From: Eledone cirrhosa
Taxonomy: Eukaryota
Reading direction: 5' to 3'
DNA length: 64,000 nucleotides
Assembly: GCA_964016885.1 (NCBI GenBank)
Contig: OZ024741.1
Location: forward strand, 143,406,001-143,470,000
The position numbers and the translations under genes were made by a program. Shown one piece after another: positions 41,111 to 55,635 of the stretch (within the stretch, counting starts at the first letter, position 1; each line of letters starts with the position of its first letter). The notes beneath the pieces were generated by a model. That model searched no databases, was not told where the DNA came from, and saw only the letters and a list, made by a program, of their open reading frames with translations.

Positions 41111-41407
41111 TATGTTAACCTTGGTCTTCCTCTTCTAGTGTGTCCATGTAGGGGCTCCCAAAGGAGCACTGAGTGCAATGTCAACTCTGGATGTCGGTGA
41201 GCATGTCCAGCCAACCTCAGTCTTCTCTGTGTCACTTTTGAGCTGACTTTTGGGGTGCAAAAGGTTAACATATGTTGATGCCCTAAGGACAGACACTGGT
41301 CTGTTGGAGATGCAGGATATGGCAGCGATAATGAGGGACAGAGACTGCTGGAGAGAACTCGTCCATGGATCTCGGGAATTTTACCCGCCTTAGATAGATA
41401 GATAGAT
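41111..41407 (+). mobile_element. Second RTE family 3' end with inverted 5' half and (TAGA)n tail
   Basis: 41111-41260 reads on minus [47 protein letters not shown]. 41261-41392 continues on plus [34 protein letters not shown], then TAGATAGATAGA. Confidence 0.85.
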
Positions 41408-41420
41408 ATATATGTATATA

Positions 41421-41465
<45 letters not shown>

Positions 41466-41478
41466 GTATATATATATG

Positions 41479-41509
<31 letters not shown>

Positions 41510-41510
41510 G

Positions 41511-41541
<31 letters not shown>

Positions 41542-41542
41542 G

Positions 41543-41573
<31 letters not shown>

Positions 41574-41574
41574 G

Positions 41575-41605
<31 letters not shown>

Positions 41606-41606
41606 G

Positions 41607-41802
<196 letters not shown>

Positions 41803-41803
41803 C

Positions 41804-42094
<291 letters not shown>

Positions 42095-42112
42095 TATCAT
42101 ATATATATATAT

Positions 42113-42741
42113 ATCATCATCATCATCATCATCAACGTTTAACGTCCGTGTTCCACGCTTGCATGGGTTTGGACGGGGGTAGTCCCACTTGAGGCAAGAG
42201 TGATTGTCTTGCTCGCATAGGACTGTCTGGCAGGTTTTCTACAGTTGGATGCCCTTCCTAACACCAACCACATTTACAGTGTGGGTCTGGGAGGTTTTTA
42301 CCGTGTTGCCTACACGGCCACATTACAGCGTGGACTGTGTGTTTTTTTGTCGTGACACCTACACGATCTCATTTGTTTCGGCCCGGATGGCGCGGCACCA
42401 ACATAACTTTACATAGGACGGGGTGGTGTGGATGAGGTGGGGGTGGTGGTGGTGGGACGGGGTGTATTTTGTTAGAGATGCCTACTGGCAAGGCGGGTCT
42501 TCTCTGTTACTGAGTACCGCCAAAGGTCTCGGTCCAGTGACATTGTCTTGGAGAGGTGTAAGTGTGTGAGGTCGGAGTTTATCAGCTCGTCCCAGGTTTT
42601 TCTAGGTCTGCCTATTCCGTGGCTACCGTCTATCTTTATTGCCCTGCACTTTGTTATACAGCTATCGACTTTCATGCGCATCACGTGTCCATACCAACGT
42701 AGCCTTCTCTCGAGTAAACAACATCTGATCCCTCTTATCTC

Positions 42742-42743
<2 letters not shown>
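42113..42743 (-). mobile_element. Young RTE 3' fragment (deletion variant), near-identical to 36264-36890
   Basis: (CAT)n, UTR, ..KTRLASRHL. Confidence 0.9.
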
Positions 42744-42779
<36 letters not shown>

Positions 42780-42780
42780 C

Positions 42781-42814
<34 letters not shown>

Positions 42815-42818
42815 GTAT

Positions 42819-43205
42819 GAGAAGACCCGCCTTGCCAGTAGGCATCTCTAACAAACTACACCCCGTCCCGCCACCACCCCCACCCCATCCACACCACCCC
42901 GTTCCATGTAAAGTTATGTTGGTGCCGCGCCATCCAGGCCGAAACAAACGAGATCGTGTAGGTGTCACGACAAAAAAACACACAGTCCACGCTGTAATGT
43001 GGCCGTGTAGGCAACACGGTAAAAACCTCCCAGACCCACACTGTAAATGTGGTTGGTGTTAGGAAGGGCATCCAACTGTAGAAAACCTGCCAGACAGTCC
43101 TATGCGAGCAAGACAATCACTCTTGCCTCAAGTGGGACTACCCCCGTCCAAACCCATGCAAGCGTGGAACACGGACGTTAAACGTTGATGATGATGATGA
43201 TGATG
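42819..43205 (+). mobile_element. Young RTE 3' end (deletion variant), near-identical to 32206-32590
   Basis: GAGAAGACCCGCCTTGCCAGTAGG...GACGTTAAACGTTGATGATG. Joined directly to the opposing copy. Confidence 0.9.
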
Positions 43206-43254
43206 TGTATTTTGTTAGAGATGCCTACTGGCTGGAGTAGGTTTTACTATATAT

Positions 43255-45937
43255 TTAGGTAAGGCGGGTCTTCTCTGTTACTGAGTACCGCCAAAGGTCT
43301 CGGTCCAGTGACATTGTCTTGGAGAGGTGTAAGTGTGTGATGTCGGAGTTTATCAGCTCGTCCCAGGTTTTTCTAGGTCTGCCTATTCCGTGACTACCGT
43401 CTATCTTTATTGCCCTGCACTTTTGTATACAGCTATCGACTTTCATGCGCATCACGTGTCCATACCAACGTAGCCTTCTCTCGAGTAAACAACATCTGAT
43501 CCCTCTTATCTCTAATTTTGTCCTTAGTTCGTTTATGCTTTGCCGTTCACGTATATTACTGTTACACATCCAGCGGAGCATGCAAGCTTCGTTCCTCTCT
43601 AGTCTGCGTATATCCTCTGCACACAATGCCCAGGTCTCACTGCCATGCAGCATTGCTGTTCGTATGCAGGCATCGTACAACCTGCCTTTCATTTTTAGTG
43701 AGAACCCTTTAGCAGCTAATAGTGGTATAAGCTCTCTGAACTTTTTCCAACCAGTTCTGACTCTAGCTACAGTACTTTCAGAGCACCCTCCCCCACTGCT
43801 GATTTTATCGCCCAGGTAACGGAAGCTGTCCACTATTTCTATAGAACCCTCTGCGCAATTGAAAGAGCTAGTAGTTTGTGGGCACTTGCTGCTACTTATT
43901 GCACCAGAGCACCGGCCACATGTAAAATCTATGTTCTTAGTTAGCTTACCTGTGATCCCACTACATCTTTTATGCACCCATACTTTGCATTTAGGACATA
44001 AAATGGAGTTTCTACCTACGCCTTTCCTACACACCGAGCACGACCATTTCCCAGAAGGGACCGCCGCCTTGTTTTCTTTCCTACAAACTAGTACTTTGGT
44101 CTTAGCCAGGTTAATTTTAAGTCCTTTTGACTCTAGGCCGTGCTTCCATGTTTGGAATTTCTTCTCTAGCTCGGCCATTGATTCCGCTATGAGTGTCAGG
44201 TCGTCTGCGTATAGGAGTTCCCATGGGCAGCCTGTCTTGAACTCCTCTGTTATAGCCTGAAGGGCAATAATAAATAGTAGTGGGCTGAGAACAGAGCCCT
44301 GATGGACGCCAACTTTTACGCTAAACTCTTCACTATATTCGTTGTTAATTCTAACCTTGCTGACTGTTTCTTTATACATGGCTTGTATAGCCCTCACAAG
44401 CCATTCGTCAACGCCTAGTTTTCTAAGAGCCCACCAGATAATGGAGCGGGGGACTCTGTCGAAGGCTTTCTCCAAGTCGACAAAAGCTAAGTAGAGGGGT
44501 TTACCTTTAGCTAGGTACTTCTCCTGTAGTTGTCGTACTATGAAAAGAGCGTCTGTGGTACTTTTGCCTGACACAAACCCGAACTGCATTTCATCTAGGT
44601 CAATTCTCTCTCTGATTAGTTGCGCTATTACTTTTTCCGTGACCTTCATGACCTGGTCGATTAATTTAATGTCTCTATAGTTACTCCTATCTAGGGCGTC
44701 TCCTTTACCCTTATAACAGTTAACGATGATGCTGCTATGCCAGTCCTTCGGAACAACCCCATTCTGTACGACTTGGTTAACTATGCGGGTGACCATGGTG
44801 TGTCCCACCGTGCCAGATGCCTTCAGCATCTCAGCAACTATTTCCGAAGGCCCAGCCGCCTTACCCGTCTTCATATCCTTGATTGCCTTACTTATTATAC
44901 TCCCCTCGACTAACACTGCTGGTCCCTCTATTGGGTCGATATGGGGGAGACTGCCTTTCTCCCAATTATTCTCCTCATTTAGTAGCCTTTCATAGTGACA
45001 CTTCCAAGCTACCTTCTTATCAGCGTCGGTGATGGCAAGTGTGCCATCGTCGTTTAGTACACACTTCTCCCCGACAATATCACGGTTTTCCTTGACGCAT
45101 TGCCTAGCAATCCTGAACAACTCACGTTTTTGGTCATCGCGTTGTAGAACATGCTTGAACTTTCTTTCCTCAGCTTCCCTTCTTGCTAAGTACACTTGTC
45201 TCCTAGCTTCCCTCCTGGCCACTTGATAGTCCTCTCTACTTCCCCCATCCCGCCATACTTTCCAAGCCTGCTTTTTGGCCTTAATTGACCCCTCCACCTT
45301 ACTGTTCCACCACCATGTTACTCTCCTCCTGCCTACAGGCCTGCTCCAGCCACAGACTTCGTCTGTCGCCAACAGCAGGTTTGCTTTCAGAAATTCCCAC
45401 TCTCCCTCTATATTGTCCGACTCTAAATGTTCTTCCTTACTGTCGAAAGCATCAAGTAATATGCTTTGAAATTTATTCCTGGCTGTGGGGTCCTTTAGCT
45501 TCCATATTTTCCTCCTGAGGATAGTCCTCTTCTGTTGTCGAGTACGTCTCGTCCTGACTATGAGGTCGCTAATTATCAGTCTATGTTGGGAGGTGCATTC
45601 TTCATGGGGGAGGGATTTAGTGTTTACAACAGACACTCTGTCACGTCTTCTGGTAAGGATATAATCTACCTGGCTTGTGTGTTCCCCGGATCTATAGGTG
45701 ATCAGGTGATTGTCACGTTTTTTGAAGTTAGTGTTACAGATAGTTAGGTTATTTGCATCACAGAATTCCAGGATTCTGGAGCCTTCCTCATTTCTAGTAC
45801 CAAACCCATAGCCTCCATGGATTTCGTCGTAGCCGTCACAATGTTGTCCAACGTGACCATTTAGGTCGCCTGCGATAATTATATAGTCACTGTCGGATAT
45901 TTGGGAGGTAGTTAGCATCAGTGTCTCATAGAATCTG

Positions 45938-45943
<6 letters not shown>
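43255..45943 (-). CDS. RTE-clade LINE ORF (partial APE endonuclease, reverse transcriptase, PHD-like Cys finger), ~895 uninterrupted codons, 5'-truncated
   Basis: APE: [37 protein letters not shown]: [52 protein letters not shown]. Finger: CSVC..CPKC..HKRC..CGRC. Then FRYLG, RLRWYGH, GRPRKTW. The YI-rich N-terminal extension to 47040 is microsatellite. Confidence 0.93.
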
Positions 45944-45996
<53 letters not shown>

Positions 45997-45997
45997 C

Positions 45998-46050
<53 letters not shown>

Positions 46051-46055
46051 CATAC

Positions 46056-46228
<173 letters not shown>

Positions 46229-46234
46229 ATATAC

Positions 46235-46312
<78 letters not shown>

Positions 46313-46320
46313 GTATATAC

Positions 46321-46411
<91 letters not shown>

Positions 46412-46497
46412 CATATATATATACATATATATATATATATATGTATATATAGATATATATATGTATATATATATATATATATGTATATATAGATATA

Positions 46498-46552
<55 letters not shown>

Positions 46553-46560
46553 GTATATAC

Positions 46561-46938
<378 letters not shown>

Positions 46939-46949
46939 GTATATATATA

Positions 46950-49900
46950 TAAATGTAAGTATGTATGTATACGTACATACATATATGTATACAGACGTAC
47001 AGTAGCATGCACATATATATATATATATACATATATACATACATATGCATACAGGTACACATACATATATGCACGTATCAGTTTAGCGGCGCTAACGTCG
47101 CTTTGTTCGTTTGTAAACAAACTGAACAGCCTGAATTTATGCCATACGGTGTTAAGGCAACCACGTCACCTTTTTGTTCAACACTGACACAGGAACGATG
47201 TACTAGTTTCAAGCTTGTTAGCTATCATCAGCACCGTTTACCCATCTGCCAGATAGTTGAACGTTCGAAAGTATATACTTTCCTTATGAAAATTAACGGC
47301 TGAGCAGCCTAATTTGCATATTGAGTGAGTTAAATCGGTCAGGCATACCGAAAACGATAAATTGAAACAAAATGAAAACGAAATTTCATTTCTCACTCTT
47401 AGTATGGCACTTACTTAAATGTAAGTATGTATGTATACGTACATACATATATGTATACAGACGTACAGTAGCATGCACATATATATATATATATACATAT
47501 ATACATACATATGCATACAGGTACACATACATATATGCACGTATCAGTTTAGCGGCGCTAACGTCGCTTTGTTCGTTTGTAAACAAACTGAACAGCCTGA
47601 ATTTATGCCATACGGTGTTAAGGCAACCACGTCACCTTTTTGTTCAACACTGACACAGGAACGATGTACTAGTTTCAAGCTTGTTAGCTATCATCAGCAC
47701 CGTTTACCCATCTGCCAGATAGTTGAACGTTCGAAAGTATATACTTTCCTTATGAAAATTAACGGCTGAGCAGCCTAATTTGCATATTGAGTGAGTTAAA
47801 TCGGTCAGGCATACCGAAAACGATAAATTGAAACAAAATGAAAACGAAATTTCATTTCTCACTCTTAGTATGGCACTTACTTAAATGTAAGTATGTATGT
47901 ATACGTACATACATATATGTATACAGACGTACAGTAGCATGCACATATATATATATATATACATATATACATACATATGCATACAGGTACACATACATAT
48001 ATGCACGTATCAGTTTAGCGGCGCTAACGTCGCTTTGTTCGTTTGTAAACAAACTGAACAGCCTGAATTTATGCCATACGGTGTTAAGGCAACCACGTCA
48101 CCTTTTTGTTCAACACTGACACAGGAACGATGTACTAGTTTCAAGCTTGTTAGCTATCATCAGCACCGTTTACCCATCTGCCAGATAGTTGAACGTTCGA
48201 AAGTATATACTTTCCTTATGAAAATTAACGGCTGAGCAGCCTAATTTGCATATTGAGTGAGTTAAATCGGTCAGGCATACCGAAAACGATAAATTGACAC
48301 AAAATGAAAACGAAATTTCATTTCTCACTCTTAGTATGGCACTTACTTAAATGTAAGTATGTATGTATACGTACATACATATATGTATACAGACGTACAG
48401 TAGCATGCACATATATATATATATATACATATATACATACATATGCATACAGGTACACATACATATATGCACGTATCAGTTTAGCGGCGCTAACGTCGCT
48501 TTGTTCGTTTGTAAACAAACTGAACAGCCTGAATTTATGCCATACGGTGTTAAGGCAACCACGTCACCTTTTTGTTCAACACTGACACAGGAACGATGTA
48601 CTAGTTTCAAGCTTGTTAGCTATCATCAGCACCGTTTACCCATCTGCCAGATAGTTGAACGTTCGAAAGTATATACTTTCCTTATGAAAATTAACGGCTG
48701 AGCAGCCTAATTTGCATATTGAGTGAGTTAAATCGGTCAGGCATACCGAAAACGATAAATTGAAACAAAATGAAAACGAAATTTCATTTCTCACTCTTAG
48801 TATGGCACTTACTTAAATGTAAGTATGTATGTATACGTACATACATATATGTATACAGACGTACAGTAGCATGCACATATATATATATATATACATATAT
48901 ACATACATATGCATACAGGTACACATACATATATGCACGTATCAGTTTAGCGGCGCTAACGTCGCTTTGTTCGTTTGTAAACAAACTGAACAGCCTGAAT
49001 TTATGCCATACGGTGTTAAGGCAACCACGTCACCTTTTTGTTCAACACTGACACAGGAACGATGTACTAGTTTCAAGCTTGTTAGCTATCATCAGCACCG
49101 TTTACCCATCTGCCAGATAGTTGAACGTTCGAAAGTATATACTTTCCTTATGAAAATTAACGGCTGAGCAGCCTAATTTGCATATTGAGTGAGTTAAATC
49201 GGTCAGGCATACCGAAAACGATAAATTGAAACAAAATGAAAACGAAATTTCATTTCTCACTCTTAGTATGGCACTTACTTAAATGTAAGTATGTATGTAT
49301 ACGTACATACATATATGTATACAGACGTACAGTAGCATGCACATATATATATATATATACATATATACATACATATGCATACAGGTACACATACATATAT
49401 GCACGTATCAGTTTAGCGGCGCTAACGTCGCTTTGTTCGTTTGTAAACAAACTGAACAGCCTGAATTTATGCCATACGGTGTTAAGGCAACCACGTCACC
49501 TTTTTGTTCAACACTGACACAGGAACGATGTACTAGTTTCAAGCTTGTTAGCTATCATCAGCACCGTTTACCCATCTGCCAGATTTGTTTCAACTATCTG
49601 GCAGATGGGTAAACGGTGCTGATGATAGCTAACAAGCTTGAAACTAGTACATCGTTCCTGTGTCAGTGTTGAACAAAAAGGTGACGTGGTTGCCTTAACA
49701 CCGTATGGCATAAATTCAGGCTGTTCAGTTTGTTTACAAACGAACAAAGCGACGTTAGCGCCGCTAAACTGATACGTGCATATATGTATGTGTACCTGTA
49801 TGCATATGTATGTATATATGTATATATATATATATATGTGCATGCTACTGTACGTCTGTATACATATATGTATGTACGTATACATACATACTTACATTTA

Positions 49901-50625
49901 AGTAAGTGCCATACTAAGAGTGAGAAATGAAATTTCGTTTTCATTTTGTTTCAATTTATCGTTTTCGGTATGCCTGACCGATTTAACTCACTCAATATGC
50001 AAATTAGGCTGCTCAGCCGTTAATTTTCATAAGGAAAGTATATACTTTCGAACGTTCAACTATCTGGCAGATGGGTAAACGGTGCTGATGATAGCTAACA
50101 AGCTTGAAACTAGTACATCGTTCCTGTGTCAGTGTTGAACAAAAAGGTGACGTGGTTGCCTTAACACCGTATGGCATAAATTCAGGCTGTTCAGTTTGTT
50201 TACAAACGAACAAAGCGACGTTAGCGCCGCTAAACTGATACGTGCATATATGTATGTGTACCTGTATGCATATGTATGTATATATGTATATATATATATA
50301 TATGTGCATGCTACTGTACGTCTGTATACATATATGTATGTACGTATACATACATACTTACATTTAAGTAAGTGCCATACTAAGAGTGAGAAATGAAATT
50401 TCGTTTTCATTTTGTTTCAATTTATCGTTTTCGGTATGCCTGACCGATTTAACTCACTCAATATGCAAATTAGGCTGCTCAGCCGTTAATTTTCATAAGG
50501 AAAGTATATACTTTCGAACGTTCAACTATCTGGCAGATGGGTAAACGGTGCTGATGATAGCTAACAAGCTTGAAACTAGTACATCGTTCCTGTGTCAGTG
50601 TTGAACAAAAAGGTGACGTGGTTGC
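46950..50625. repeat. 466-bp tandem array: ~5.6 direct units (46950-49584), then ~2.2 inverted units (49589-50625)
   Basis: Identical ORF calls every 466 bp (47372, 47838, 48304, 48770, 49236). Orientation flips at CCAGAT-TTGT-TTCAACTATCTGG. Confidence 0.97.
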
Positions 50626-50825
50626 NNNNNNNNNNNNNNNNNNNNNNNNNNNNNNNNNNNNNNNNNNNNNNNNNNNNNNNNNNNNNNNNNNNNNNNNNNN
50701 NNNNNNNNNNNNNNNNNNNNNNNNNNNNNNNNNNNNNNNNNNNNNNNNNNNNNNNNNNNNNNNNNNNNNNNNNNNNNNNNNNNNNNNNNNNNNNNNNNNN
50801 NNNNNNNNNNNNNNNNNNNNNNNNN
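50626..50825. other. Assembly gap (200 N)
   Basis: Run of n; the round length suggests a scaffolding spacer of unknown true size. Confidence 0.99.
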
Positions 50826-51514
50826 GATAGAAATTGGTGGAGGGTGGTAGTAGCAGTAGTGTTGGGTAGCGGAGAGAGAGAGTGGGGTGGCAAGAGCCAC
50901 CTAAATTGCAGTGTTTTTATTGCCTGCTGTGCCAAACAGTGTGTTGCAACAGATGTGTGCATCACCAAATCTGTCTGCAGCACTATAAATGTTAAAGGAT
51001 ACATTGATACACAGGATTATCACCTGACCATACATTATGTACCCAACACAGTTTCTTTGCCCATCCTACCATGACAACCACCACTACTGCCACTCCTGCC
51101 CCCATCCCTCACTGTTGTTACTGCTACTTTCACCATCCCTTCAATCCGCCACCCCTCTGCTCTCCTTTGTGAACTGAATGATCATGTCATTCTTATATGT
51201 TTCAGCTGTATGAGACTATATACATTTATATATATATGTGTGTGGCCTAGTGGTAAGGGTGTTGGACTTAAGATCATACTCTTGTGGGTTTGATTCCTGT
51301 ATTGCGTGTTGTGTTCTTGAGCAAAACACTTCATTTCACATTGCTCCAGTATACTCAGCTGAAAATGAGTACCAGTAGTAGCTGGGGATTTAACCCTGCG
51401 ATGGACTGGCGTCCTGTCGGGGGGGGGGTCTTGTACTCTGTCGCTTCACGGCATGAAACCGGGATGAGCACTGTCGGCCAAATGAGCCTTCTGGCTTAAG
51501 ACAGGCTTTAGATT

Positions 51515-51616
51515 TTATATGTATATATGTGTGTGTATATGTATGTATGTATATATATATGTATGTATATACATATATATGTATATATATATATATATAT
51601 GTTTGTATGTATATAC

Positions 51617-51647
<31 letters not shown>

Positions 51648-51803
51648 CATATGTATGTATATACATATATGTATATATATACACATATATGTATGTATAT
51701 ACATATATGTATATATATACACATATATGTATGTATATATACATATATATATATACACATATATGTATGTATATACATATATGTATATATATATGTATAT
51801 ACA

Positions 51804-51849
<46 letters not shown>

Positions 51850-52098
51850 TGTATGTATATATACATATATATATATATACACATATATGTATGTATATAC
51901 ATATATGTATATATATATATATATACATATATGTATGTATATACATATATGTATGTATATATACATATATATATATATACACATATATGTATGTATATAC
52001 ATATATGTATATATATATATATATACATATATGTATGTATATACATATATGTATGTATATACATATATGTATGTATATATATATATATATATATATAT
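51515..52098. repeat. Interrupted (TA)/(TATG)/(CA) compound microsatellite
   Basis: Direct inspection. A similar block lies at 53106-53853. Confidence 0.95.
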
Positions 52099-52364
52099 TG
52101 AATATCCTTCTTATCACCAACCACTTTACAGCATGTATTGTGTGCATTTGTCGTGTAGAGAAGCTGTCATGCTGTGACACAACTTCTTTAGCCATGGTTT
52201 CTGCAGCAGGGTGCCCTTTCTGTTGCAAACTAGCTTACAGGGTGAACCAGGTACATTTTTGTGGCACCAGCAAGAGAGTTTGTTGGTCCTTGTCTCAACA
52301 GAAGAGCTCTGTAGGGGTTGGTGGGAGTGACTTCTGATAGGGGTGGTATGTACTAGTGAGATCA

Positions 52365-52693
52365 TCATCATTTTACGTCCGTTTTTCCCTGCTTGCAAGG
52401 GTGGGACAGGAACTGATGCTGGCTTGATTTCTACAGCTGGATGCCCTTCCTAACACCAACCTCGTTTACAGTGAGTGCTGGGTCCTTTTTTTGCCGTGGC
52501 ACCTCCACGATCACTTTGCAGTGGAATGATATGGACCCCAGTCCCTATCATCTCATTTCTACAGCTGAGTAAACTGGAGCAATGTGAAATAAAGTGTCTT
52601 GCTCAAGGAAACCACACATCACCCGGTCTGAGAATTGAACTCACAACCTTTCGATTGCAAGGCCAATGCTCTAACCACTAAGCCATGTGCCTC
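52365..52693 (-). mobile_element. Tripartite SINE with RTE tail
   Basis: Near-identical to 37400-37733, with (CAT)n on plus at 52361. Confidence 0.85.
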
Positions 52694-53103
52694 CTAGAGA
52701 TATATGTAATGTGTGTGTGTGTATGAAACTATGTATGTATATGATTGTATTTGTATGCATCCATGTGTATTTGTGTGTGTGTGTGTGTGTGTGTGTGTGG
52801 CTTTTAAGTTATTGTAGTAAAGTAGGTGGAATCTCTAAAATAACTCAAGTGAACGTTAATCCATGCAAGATGCTTTCCACCTGTAGTCAAGGTTACGTGT
52901 ACCGCTGTGAGCTTGCTGCATATGTGGGTTTGTTAATCTCCCAAGAAGCTACATGGCTTTTTACTGATTAAAGACCTCCACACGGACACACACATACACT
53001 CCACCCCTTGCATGGCTCTATCCCAGATTTCTTTCTCAAATATGTATCTATATATATATAATTTATATCAGCATGTACCCATAACAATGATGATGGTGAT
53101 AAT

Positions 53104-53178
<75 letters not shown>

Positions 53179-53189
53179 GTGTGTATGTG

Positions 53190-53252
<63 letters not shown>

Positions 53253-53535
53253 GTGTGTGTATATATATATATGTATATATATATGTGTATATATATATGT
53301 ATATATATATGTATGTGTGTATATATATATGTATATATGTGTATATATATATGTATATATATATATATATATATGTGTGTATATATATATGTATATATGT
53401 GTATATATATATATATATGTGTGTATATATATATGTATATATATATATATATATGTGTGTATATATATATGTATATATATATATATATGTGTGTATATAT
53501 ATATGTATATATATATATATATATATGTGTATATA

Positions 53536-53572
<37 letters not shown>

Positions 53573-53659
53573 ATATATATATGTATATATATATATATGT
53601 GTATATATATATGTATATATATATATATGTGTGTATATATATGTATATATATATATATA

Positions 53660-53692
<33 letters not shown>

Positions 53693-53759
53693 GCATATGT
53701 ATATATATATATATATATATGCATATATATATATGTATATATATGCATATATATATATG

Positions 53760-53790
<31 letters not shown>

Positions 53791-53803
53791 GTATATATAT
53801 ATG

Positions 53804-53855
<52 letters not shown>

Positions 53856-53954
53856 GATAACAATACACCAAATAGCAAAGATGAAGTTAAATCATTATAT
53901 TCCTTATAACTGAATGTGTGTGTATGTATGTATGTATGTTTGTATGTATGTATA

Positions 53955-55635
53955 TCATCATCACCCTCATCATCATCACCATTTAACGTCCATTTCTCCT
54001 TACTATCATGGCTTTGACAAGTTGTCCCATTGTGAGACAAGCCAGGTCAGATGACCATGATTGTCCACACAGAACTGACTTTCACTTGGTTTCTGCAGCT
54101 GGATGCCCTTCCTAACAGCAACTATATTTGTGCTGGGACCTTGTCATGACACCTACATGACCAGTGTGGATCTCGGGGATGGGAGGACTTATCAGGTGAG
54201 GTGTGGGGAAGGTAGGGGAAAGTGGTGCATACTAAATGTTTGCTTCAACCTGTAAATATGGGAAGGCAAGTCTTCTGTATTACTGCATAATGCCAGAGAT
54301 CTCAATCCTGTGTTATTGTCTTTGAGAGATGCAATTGTGCAAGGTCTGCCTTTATCACCTCATCCAAAGTTTTCCTAGGTCTTCCTACTCCATAACTACC
54401 ATCAACTTTGCACACTGCATGTGATCCACCTGATGCCCAGTTTCTCTCACAGTTCATTTATGCTTTGCCATTCATGCATTATTACACATCCAATGAAGCA
54501 TGCCAGCTTTTTCATAGGCTACTGTACTTTTCGAACACCCACCTCCACTGCTAATTTGGTCAGCCAGGTAACAAAAGCTGTCAACTGCTTCTACGGAACC
54601 TTCCAAAAATTTGATAGTACTTGTTTCCTCTGAGTGTTTGTTACTGCTCTTGTGCAATGGCCACAAGTAAAACCTACTAACTTACCATGGATCCCACTAC
54701 ATCTCTTGTGCACCCATAGTTGGCATTTGGGTCAGAACAAGAAATTTCTCCCCACCCCTTTCCTACACACTGAGCTGGGCCATTTCCTTGAAAGGGTCAG
54801 GGCCTTCTTTTCCTTACTACTTACTAGAAATTTGGTCTTTGCCAAGTTGACTTTAAGACCTTTTGATTCCAAGTTATGCTTCCAGGTCAGGAATTTTTTC
54901 TCTAGTTCTAACATGGATTCAGCCATGAGTTAGGTCATCAGCATACAGGAGTTGCCAAGGGCATCCTCTTTTAAATTCTTCTGTTATAGCCTGGAGGACA
55001 ATTTAACCTTGCTGACCACACCTCTGTACATGGCTTGTACCACCCCCATTAACCACTCTTTTACTCCTAGTTTCCTATGTACCAACCAGATTACAGAACA
55101 GGGGCCTTGATAAAAAGCTTTCTCTAGGTCAACAAATGCCAAGTAGAGGGGTTTATTTTTAGTTAGGTATTTTTGCTTTTTCCTCACAAGGAAGAGGGTA
55201 TCCGTGGTACTTCTTCCTGCGACAAATCTGAACTGCATCTCATCCAGATTAATTTGCTTAATTGCTGCTAATTTTCACTGCTGGTCCTTCTGTAAGGTCC
55301 ACCTAGGGTAGACTATCTTTTTCTCACACATTCTCCTCGTTCATCAGTCTCTCGTAATGACACTTCCATGCTGCCTTCTTTTCGGTTTTGGAGAGGGCAA
55401 ATGCACGATTGTCATCCCGAACACACTTCTCCCCAACATCACTATTTTCCTTGTGATCTTAAACACCTCACGACTTTGATCCTCACGTTGCTTAACATGC
55501 ATAAACTTTTTACTTTCTGCTTCCCTTCTTACAAAATGTACTTGTTGCCTTGCCTCTCTCTTGATCACTTGGTAAGGTTCTCTGCTACTCCCATTTTGCC
55601 ATTTTTTCCATGCTTGTTTCTTAGCCTTAATTGAC
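53955..55635 (-). pseudogene. Decayed, internally deleted RTE LINE
   Basis: [32 protein letters not shown]; AESMLELEKKF..GLKVNLAKTK; (CAT)n tail at 53955. Confidence 0.85.

Noticed and set aside
46950-50625. CRISPR array or tandem small-protein gene cluster
   Set aside because: Units are fully identical with no unique spacers, the context is eukaryotic with no cas genes, and the ORFs cross low-complexity sequence.
50570-51074. ORFs spanning the N run
   Set aside because: Artefacts of translating the gap.
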